Below, one piece after another: positions 1 to 8,746 of a DNA stretch of 33,442 bases. Numbering within the stretch: the stretch's first letter is position 1; each line of letters begins with the position of its first letter. Source of the stretch: Parasitella parasitica NRRL 2501 (Eukaryota > Fungi > Mucoromycota); the NCBI GenBank assembly GCA_025201805.1, contig MU619330.1:51622-85063 (forward strand). Direction: 5' to 3'. The position numbers and the translations under genes were made by a program. The notes under the pieces were generated by a model. The model was not told the DNA's origin. It did not search any database and was given only the letters and a program-made list of their open reading frames with translations.

Positions 1-284
1 GTAAAGTCTATCTCCTCACTCAAATAGATTTAAGTTATCTTGAGTCTGCTGATATGTCGGTTAGCACAAAGTTAAGACGCTAGTTACGCAGTATTGTCGT
101 ACATGTTAAATTGCGAGAATAGAACATTTATCCACAGTTTAAGTATATAAAGGTTCATCTACCTGGCCAGTAGATGAACGGGAGCTTTATACACCTGTCG
201 ATTTGATAATAAAACCTATACCTTATCAAGTTGACTTTATTGTTTTTTTTATTATAATTTTTTTCCGTGAATCCATATAACAAT

Positions 285-926
285 TTATACTGATTCCACA
301 GTCTCCATTTTGAAATGTGGAGCTTCCAAGTACTGGTTCAATTTCTTGAGGTTGAAGACGGGACGAATGCCCCCGTCCTTCTTGGGGATGACAAATATTG
401 AGCTGTAATAGCCTGGGATTTCCTGGACTTGCTCTGGTGACACTTTCTCGATTGCTGACTTCTGTAACAGGTCTTGAATTGCTTGGTCTATAAGTTGTGA
501 TTGTTCTGGAGAAAAGGGAACTATTGATGTTGGGTTTGTAATTACTGGTGGTTGTGTGTGAAAGAGAATTTGATATCCATGTTGAATTGTGGTGTTGACG
601 AATGAGTTGTTTGAGATTGTTATCCATTTTGTAAAATACTTGCTGAGACGACCCCCGACTGGATCGTTGTTGGTCGTTGTGATTGCCGAATCTACTGGCG
701 AAAAGGATTGCTGGACTTCTTGTGGTTGTTGTTGTGGTTGGCTTGGCGAAAATTGGTGTTGGCATTGTTGTTGAATGAGGCCTCGTTGCTGCTGTTGTGG
801 GAGTTGTTCTGGAAACCACCCTGCTGAGAGGGTGGACCTGGCCGAAAAAAAGATTGATCGAAGCCATTGGAAGTAGAGCTGGTACTGTTGTTGTTGCCAG
901 GTTGAAAGCGACGTCGTTGACGACGG
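285..926 (-). pseudogene. Reverse transcriptase N-terminal fragment in the -1 frame relative to gag; absent from the ORF track
   Basis: Frame open from TAA(927-929) to TAA(285-287). RT motifs start at PVGGRL (662) and stop after HFKMETVESV, before the catalytic YxDD region. No in-frame ATG precedes the RT motifs. Confidence 0.85.
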
Positions 927-1570
927 TTAACAGTTGCTTCACGACTAGCCTTACGAGCTGCTGTTTGTTGAATCAACGTGTTTTGGAATTCATCCAGAGG
1001 CAAATTATAGTTTACTTCTGAATCAGATTTCACCGAAAACGAAGGGTTTACAGCCCTAAGGGCTATGTTGTTATGAGACTGAGTCATTGCAGCACAGATA
1101 TGAAGCAACAGCTTACGCACATCGCTTAACTTGGTACAATAACGTTCCAAATTAGGATTGCCAGATTCTGAGGATACAAGTTTATGACTGAGGATATCTA
1201 ATGGACGGAAGACAGCCGATAAAAGATATTGCAGGTGCTTGAGATTGTTGTCCTCATAACGTTGTCCTTTATTCATGAGACGTTCTGCCGTAGGAATGGT
1301 CGCCGGGGCCTTGTATTCCATGTGAGCCATTGGAGGGTAAGACTCAATGATGGTCTTACGTTCCGAATCTGAAAGCATAGGAGAGGTTTGTAAAGGAGCA
1401 TCCAAATTCATGACTTCAGTAAGTGCTTCCGAAGGTGACCAGTCGTAGTGAGGTTGAGTTGCAGTGCCATCCGCTGACTGCATAGGTGCCAAATTGGTGT
1501 TGTTGAGTTGTTCTTGTAAAGCAGCAATTTGTTGCTGCATCAATTGGAATTTTTGTTCAATAGAAGACAT
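692..1570 (-). CDS. DIRS-like gag/ORF1 protein
   Basis: Intronless ORF, likely start MSSIEQKFQ at 1570. N-terminal coiled-coil-like segment, RRQRRR basic patch, N/Q-rich tail; lies directly upstream of and overlaps the RT frame. Confidence 0.75.
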   Translation of the reverse strand: MSSIEQKFQLMQQQIAALQEQLNNTNLAPMQSADGTATQPHYDWSPSEALTEVMNLDAPLQTSPMLSDSERKTIIESYPPMAHMEYKAPATIPTAERLMNKGQRYEDNNLKHLQYLLSAVFRPLDILSHKLVSSESGNPNLERYCTKLSDVRKLLLHICAAMTQSHNNIALRAVNPSFSVKSDSEVNYNLPLDEFQNTLIQQTAARKASREATVNRRQRRRFQPGNNNSTSSTSNGFDQSFFRPGPPSQQGGFQNNSHNSSNEASFNNNANTNFRQANHNNNHKKSSNPFRQ

Positions 1571-1949
1571 TATAAATTTTGCTAGTAATGACCGAGCGAA
1601 AAAGAATATTGATAGTATAATGATCAAATTTATTTCCTTTATATATCTTTGAATTCGCTGCGAAATAAAGGTTAAAGAAGATTCCAGCACAATCATATTT
1701 CCTATTTTGTTCTGACGGTCTCAAGAAATTCTTGCGAGAAATTTCTTTCGACCTAGAATTGATTTTTACCCTTCTGGATGGCTTCATTTTGGCCCTCTAA
1801 ACATAGGACCGGAAAATCCTAGATTCATTTTGGTCGAGACAAGATTTTGATTTTTGGGAGAAAAAATAAAGCCACAGTTGTAAACAAAATATTAATGTGT
1901 AGGTATCGACATGGAGGTTTGTTTGGTCAACTTTATAGAGCTGAATATG

Positions 1950-2510
1950 CTTAAAATATGCTTGATTTTACTCAAAAACTATCAAAAAAGGCGTTTTTTG
2001 AATATTTGAAAATTGATAATAAGAAAATTTGTTTCTATAGCTTTGTAATTTATATGGTTAGATGTAGAATTTACTCTTTGTAATAAAACACTTAGTATGC
2101 ATATCCGATATACCTATTACGTTCTTGAGATATCCAGCAAGGGACTATGCAAAAAAAAGCTTGAAACTGGTTTGGCTCAAATGGAAACACAGTGCTGAGA
2201 TTCAATCTACTGCCTATTTTTTTGCTGTAAAATGAGGGCACCAACTATTTTCAATTCAAGAGCAAAGTATAATTCTATTAGGTAGCTTGGTTAAGTCTTA
2301 GTATGAATCGATAGCTGAGATAGTATATAATACGAGCTCAAAAACCATCTCTGTATACCTTCATTTTTTGATGAAGAAATTACCACCATATCTGAAATAT
2401 TACCTCTTTTCCCACTTTAACACCTATAATGCAATTTCTGATATCTTTGCAAACTATTAAGTGATAGAGACACAACCTTCAGCCAAAATCTTCTTTTTTT
2501 GCACCATTCT
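1950..2510 (+). repeat. Dispersed non-coding repeat, copy A (probable non-autonomous transposon-derived family)
   Basis: 2043-2207 matches the reverse complement of about 33259-33423 with 5 mismatches by eye; weaker similarity continues to about 2510. Also aligns with the diverged copy at about 3995-5030. Ends approximate. Confidence 0.85.
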
Positions 2511-2658
2511 ACAACATGTCGGAGTTTTATGTACGTATGGCCATTTTCCAGATTTTGCTATGTTTGGACCCCAAACCTCATTTTCGATTTTTAATTTTCA
2601 ACTTTGGGTAAACCTTAGAGTCACTTTTAGGTGGTACGGATTTGCGTTTTAAGGAAAG

Positions 2659-2872
2659 TGTTATATCAATAACATGGCAAGGTCTTACATCAGGATCTCA
2701 GATCAGTCCCAGGGTCTAACAGTAAATCATGGGCAGTCATGATTCACATTATGCAGCTAGACAGTAGAACCCTAGTGTAATGAATGTGTATATAATACAT
2801 CGAGAGATGTATTATGAATAAAAGTGTAATTCTTTGGCAGATTTATTTTATCAGACTTTTGACATCATAACA
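2659..2872 (+). mobile_element. Solo LTR (214 bp)
   Basis: Begins TGTTAT and ends ATAACA (TG...CA, 6-bp inverted ends), flanked by the perfect 5-bp direct repeat GAAAG (2654-2658 and 2873-2877). Internal TATATAA (2789-2795) and AATAAA (2817-2822) give the orientation. Confidence 0.85.
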
Positions 2873-3994
2873 GAAAGTATACATCCTTATACCAGTACAA
2901 TAACTGTACCTCCACACCACACTTTCCGAATTCCAATATCTACTTTATTTAGTTGTCGAGATACTACCAAAGCAAGAACTTGCTGATTTTATAGCAAGTT
3001 AGGTGGATAATGATTGATCAACACTTACGTCTATAAAAGTCTCCAGTTGTGTACTTGTAGTTTTTTTTAAAAAGTGTTTATCGCGTTAAAATAACGTTAT
3101 TGTATCCATAGAATACCATGTTTACCACCATTTCAACTCAGCTCTCATGGCAACCGTTCCTGATCGGATCTAAGGTTAAATGGCATCGATTATTCTATCT
3201 AGTAAAAAGAAGTATTCAATAGAATTTCTTGTATAAGAAACCATCTATTTAGGTTCTATTTATCCTAAATTGCGAAGCTCAACTTATCGATGAATGATTC
3301 ACATTCATAACGATTAGCTGATTAAATATAGAAATAGGTCTTGTTCTGACTACTACTGTGTTATAATCTTGTTTGACAATTACTTTAAATGTCAAAAAAC
3401 ATGACCTGATTGTATTTTACAGATTGATTTATATAGATATATTATTCTAATGTAAATAGACAGCTTCTCGTCGATCAGTAAAATCAATAGGTCATATTTG
3501 GTAAATTAAGTCTTTATTACTATCTTATTTTCTTTTGGTCATATACAATCACATGCTGTGCTCATTTAAAAACCTGGCACAATACTTATAAGATTAAAAT
3601 TGATCAGATATCGTTTATTAATGGGCTAATTTAGACGGTTTATATAGTGGTCTAACTAAAGCAACTAATCTGAGCATAAGATATTAGATTGTAAGATTTG
3701 AATAAATTAGATTGTAGATTGTATCTGATCTGGAACGACATTTGATATTTGACATTTGACTTCCGCAGTTTGTAAATGATACATCAGATTATGTCTTCTG
3801 CTACAGATAAATTTTTAGAAATCAATGTGGAAACATTGACGAAAATATTCCTGCCAGATGGCTCCAAGACACTGCAATGTTTTTCTAAGTTAAATCTCGA
3901 TTTTTCGGTTCTTTTAGCCGAAGTTATAACCAAATATCTATTATTTATGATCATTTATAAAAAAAAAGAAAAAGAAATTTTGCATGTTACTTTT

Positions 3995-5030
3995 GAGGGA
4001 CACAAAACACATGTGTTTTTTCTTAAAAACAATCAAAATACTGCAAGAGCAAGATTTGGAAATTGCTAGTTTTACAAAGGGTGGTGTATGTAAAGCCTAG
4101 CATTTTTTACGGTTCAATGAAGAATTTACAATCTGACAAAAAATGTTTATTACACATGTTCAATATACCTATTGATTTGTAAAATATTAAATGATAAAGC
4201 GTTTTATAGGATATATTCAAGCTCAAATGGAAGCATACTGCTGAGCTGGAGCTTACCACTGAAAACATAGGCTTTTACCGTTGAACTCCTATTGACAATT
4301 GTGGAGCAAAACATGAACTTCATAAGTAATCTAAGTATGTCTTGAAATCAGCCAATAGTTTTTTGTTTTTGTATGTGTGGTAACTTTATTAAATGATATT
4401 CAAAGACATGGTAGCTGTGTATAAGGTCTAAGTAGTAAGGGAAGAAGCAAGAGGTAGACGCAGAACAAAGCAAAACAGCGAGGGATTAGCCCTGTTTAAT
4501 TGCCTTTATGGCCCTATCAAGAGGCACTTGGTGAACCCAAGTGGCATTTGAGCATCCCAAAGTGCATTGATAGTGGTATGTCCAAATAGTCGAAAAGACC
4601 TGACCCAAAATCAAGAGATGGTCATCCAAAAGGGGAGGACAATTGGGATCAAAAGTCAACCCCATCCAAATGACCTCAATATTGGGAAATGCCGCAGAAA
4701 AGTTGAAATGTTGAATCAGCTCAAGCCATAAATATGTCTTGAATGGGCAGCCAACAACTAAGTGATACCGATCCTCATATCCAGAGCAAAAGGAACAAAT
4801 AAGAGCAACGGTACGATTAAGAAGGTGTCTATAAGAATTGCATGCAATGGAATGATGTAGTAGACGCCACCAACGTTTTAGATCTTTAATCAGCCAATAG
4901 TTGATATGCAGCAATAGGAAAACCATTGTTGTATATTTTGATTTATAGCCAATATAATATTTATACAATATAAAACATTACCCTTTTGCCGCTTACAGAC
5001 ATAATTAATATCTTTGTGTGCACAATATTA
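3995..5030 (+). repeat. Dispersed repeat, copy B (older, diverged), interrupted by a non-LTR insertion
   Basis: Collinear blocks shared with copy A: aaaaac(a/t)atcaaaa, agaatttac, atatacctatt, gctcaaatggaa..ctgag, gagcaaa; similarity resumes after 4902 (aaaaccat, attacc..tttt). Confidence 0.65.
4361..4887 (-). mobile_element. 5'-truncated L1/Tx1-like non-LTR retrotransposon (3' end only, zf-RVT domain)
   Basis: Encodes WWRLLHHSI...CSFC...EDRYHLVVGCPFK..LW (CCHC zf-RVT-type motif), stop at 4486, then AATAAA and an A-rich tail (4361-4370). Flanked by a perfect 15-bp TSD AATCAGCCAATAGTT (4346-4360 and 4888-4902). Confidence 0.92.
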
Positions 5031-6485
5031 AGGAACGATCCCTTTTGTTTAGTCAAAATTTACTATTCTACGACATATTCATATTCTCTCATATACATTT
5101 AATTTCTTTTTCTTTTTGCAAAAACGTATTTAAGAGCTCCTTAATCGACCTTGCAAAAGCTTTTCAACATCTAACGATATTTATTATATGCTTATCAAGT
5201 TTGAAATCAATAAATTAAAGCTAATTTGGTCGTTTTGATCGAAAATCAAAGCATCTAATAAAAGGGAATATATACCTTGTCAGCGGAATTTCTTGGAGAA
5301 TGTGATATAATATATCCCAATTCATATCAGTCCCTCTTTTTTTCGGTACATATGAGGCCAAAGGAGAATGCAACAAGTTTACATTTGTATAGTACTAGTC
5401 GATTATTCCTACTGAGATATCGGCTGCAAGAACAACATGTTTTAATGTACACAGATGGACATGATTAGACATGTATAAAACTGCTCTTATTTCTGCCATA
5501 TTAGTGCAATGAGGAGTACTTAGTTGTACAATTATCCAAAAACTGTTGGTTTCCCGCGATAATGGTATGATGCTAAATTTTTAAGAAGAATAAAAAGAAC
5601 CGATCATCTAACATATTTCTATCTTTTATTTTGGAAAGGAACATCAATTAATGGTGCCACCATATATATTGAATGGAAAAATCGTTGGTGTCATGATTAT
5701 AAAAAACGATTTTGTAGGTTAATTATTCAAGTCTTAGATAACAAAAACATTAGGCCAAGATGAATAGACTAAATTTTTCTTAACGGTAAAGAAGTATCCA
5801 AATCGTTACTCCATTTAGTTACTCTATATATTATATATATTTTGAAATGTCACCGAAAATGCCTATGCGACCAAACAAACTTAGTAAAACAGATTACGAT
5901 ATGATAGTTAAGCGGATGTCATGTGGCTTATTGAACTGATCTGCTTTTTGGAAAGTAAGCAATGAGTCATTAGATATCCAGTCATCAGTAGTTTATAATA
6001 TTCATTAATTTATATATTGGAGATAACTGATATATTTGCAAATAATTTTGAGAAAATTTACTGCAATAAAGAGAATGAGATGAGAATTTTAATGCATTGT
6101 AACATGCTAAATATAGTTTGTGCGAATGCATGTATAAATATTGAATATTTCGGGTGAATGTGATTGTAACACAAGATGATGTTTATCAAGAACATCTTGA
6201 TTCTATTAACGTGCCCAAAAAATTTGATACTAGGAAGGGTTTTGTTGATTTTTAATGATGTAAATCTTGAATTTTTGCAGAGTATCTCTTTTTTTGCGAT
6301 TTAGCTCAACTTAATGAAAGGCAAGAGAAGATAACATAGGCAATCAAATAAACTTTTTCATAGCCATATCATTGGACAAGTTTATTATTGTTGGTCCACT
6401 GATTTTATTATTATAGAAATGGAAACCGGAAGCAGCATATTTTTGTTCTACCCCAGTTTTTTCTCAATCTTTTTCTTCCCCTACT

Positions 6486-6543
6486 CTTTTCTTCATTTTA
6501 AATTTTTACCCTTTTCTTCATTTTAAATTTTTACCCTTTTCTT
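6486..6543 (+). repeat. 25-bp tandem duplication (about 2.3 copies) just upstream of the 7TM gene ATG
   Basis: CTTTTCTTCATTTTAAATTTTTACC at 6486-6510 and 6511-6535, followed by a partial third copy. Confidence 0.95.
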
Positions 6544-6557
6544 TAAATCTTGACTAA

Positions 6558-7821
6558 ATGTCATCACCTTTGGCTATTGCAACAATAGCTTTACAAGGTG
6601 CATCTGTTGGCGTATCTGGTGAACTTGCTATCCGCAGTTTATTTCGAAAAAAAGATAAAGCGACTCAGGTTAGGATTGCAAAATTCTTTCTTGGGTCATG
6701 TATGGCAATAAAAGCGATCCTATTTCTATCATTTCATTCCAGGTAGGGTAACCAATTAGTCCTTTTAATTACCATGGCACTAACCAATATATTAGCCAAG
6801 AAAAAAAGTGTCAAATCACAGGAAGAGTTGCCGATTTGTTTTATCATCTGGCAATGACAGCTGGTACTCAAGTATTGGTCACAAGAGTCCAATCTATTGT
6901 GCCTATTAATTGGAGGAAACGATCCCTTGTCTTTCATACACTGATTACAGTTTTACGATTGTTTGTTGGTATTGTAGATGTTGCCTTGATTCATATTAGT
7001 AACTACCCTAATGGTACATGTGAATACACAGATGAAGAATTTGTGAGTATTATGTATGTATATGCAATGTATGTCTAATAACACCTATACTATTAGTGGG
7101 GTCCTGTATACACACTATACGATACACTTATTGACTTGTATGTCACCATCGTGATCTCTGGCATCTTGATTAGTCATATTAGATCGCTACTGTCTGACAA
7201 GATGAAAGTAAACAAGTTGCTGTACACATCTGTCATATCTCATAATGTGATACGAACTATTTGCTTAACTATTGTCAACCTGATATCAGCGATATTTATT
7301 ATCATGGTAAATGCAATTTTCTATAATTCGCACTGTGGCAAATTTCACATACTGACTATTAATGTTAGAAAAACCAAGCAGATGTAATTATGCTTCTATG
7401 GCCCATCATCAACATTTTTTTTGTTACACTTGTTGGATACGATTCTGATGTGACCAAAGCCATTAGACAATTAAGACAAAAGCGCTGGCGCTCCTTGTCC
7501 AATGTGACAAGTACCATTGATCTCGGCAATGTACCATCAGTAGCAAGACATTCAATGAAGCAACCTTTATCATTTAGCCATTCTGACCCCGAATTAGCCG
7601 TTCCAGTAAATGATACCAATGAAAACACAGAAGAAGATGATGGTACGAGCGTATTGCATATCGAGAAATGGAGATCCAGACTAAGCACAAACACACAGCA
7701 AAATGTGAACCCTGATGATGCAAATACTCTACCACATGCGTCCAAAGCACACGCCAATTCAGCTAATCTTTATTCCAATGATGGAACTACTTCAGATGAT
7801 ACAGATCATACTCGTATTTAA
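6558..7821 (+). CDS. Seven-transmembrane, GPCR-like membrane protein of unknown function (4 exons)
   Basis: Exons 6558-6742, 6796-7042, 7097-7306 and 7369-7821 join in frame over GT-AG introns. Seven hydrophobic segments, Cys before TM3 (KKCQITG) and in the TM4-TM5 loop (GTCEY), long S/T/D-rich C-terminal tail. Confidence 0.75.
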
Positions 7822-8746
7822 GAACATTTAATAATATACCCAACACAAAATAAAGCAAAATTACTCTTTTTGAATGAAAGCTCTGGTAAAAGCGTTGTAT
7901 GGTATCCATATTTGACCCAAATAGATGCTGCCCTGTTCAGGATAATGCCAATCTTCGCGATAGCGACAAGTATAATTATTTAGAGTATACAAAAAAGAAG
8001 CTTGTTTTGACAACTAGTAAGGATATAATACCCTTTATAATGGATAATATCGATATACAGTATATCTCGCATATGAGTCTTCTATATATCTTAATAACAG
8101 TATTTTTGTAAGTTGTTAGATTAGGCTAAAGCTTCAACACTCCGCAAACGCCTTCCGAAAATATTATGCCTTTTAGAAAATATATGCTAAGAAATATCAA
8201 TACTGTTAGCGCAAGGTTTTCAATTACCCTGGGACATCTGTCAAGCAAAAAGGAGAACTGAAAATTGCAAAATTACGTCAATCAACTTAAAAAACTCTGA
8301 TACGAGGATACTACTATTGAGTTTGGTTTTCTGTTGGAGTATTTTAATAGAAATATATCATTGTCTGTTATGCTTAGCGTTGTAAATATCGAGTTTGAAT
8401 AGAGTAAATTTTATAGCTAAATGCATTTTATCAAGTTGGTTTATGAACACTCCAATAGCTGCTTTTGCTTCTTCTTTTGATCTCAGTCGCAAGTTGCTTT
8501 CTTTTTCTTCTCCTTCTTTCACTTGAAAAGAGAACTCGATATTTCTTTTTCTTTTATTTACTTTCATACAGAGTCTACTCTTTATAATTTCGCAATGTAA
8601 ATACAATGAAAGCTTTCAATAATATGTCATCTGATCTTCGTTTTATTCCAATCCATGTAGTGTCGAGACATTCTATTTTTTTCAACTCACAACAAAAGAT
8701 TTCAATACCTTTATAATCCTCCTTTTATTTCTAAACAAACTATATA

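Larger units (their letters stand above)
285..1790 (-). mobile_element. Truncated DIRS-like (tyrosine recombinase class) retrotransposon: gag plus the N-terminal part of RT; rest of RT/RNase H and YR not present
   Basis: Gag-like ORF followed by an overlapping frame reading PVGGRL..W...GYQILF...IQDLLQKSAIEKV...GYYSSIFVIPKKDGGIRPVFNLKKLNQYLEAPHFKMETV, the typical DIRS RT N-terminus. A third overlapping open frame (226-942) fits DIRS organisation. Element ends are approximate. Confidence 0.85.

Noticed and set aside
181-220. Weak similarity to about 32388-32435 (ggagctt...gatttgataat..aacct)
   Set aside because: Too short and gapped for AT-rich DNA.
1788-2575. Possible degenerate terminal inverted repeats (ggccctctaaacatag..ggaaaat versus attttcc..ctatgtttggacccc) defining a MITE
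   Set aside because: The match is short and gapped, there is no convincing TSD, and copy C diverges before this end.
3680-3762. Short repeats (agattgta, gacattt/gatattt) resembling an array
   Set aside because: Low-complexity imperfect units with no spacer structure; not CRISPR-like, and the DNA is eukaryotic.
4888-4968. N-terminal part of ORF 4486-4968
   Set aside because: It lies in and beyond the TSD, so it is a chance in-frame extension into the host repeat.
7899-8606. Short ORFs 7899-8111 and 8358-8606
   Set aside because: No recognisable motif or consistent splice model; could be decayed element sequence but I cannot support that.
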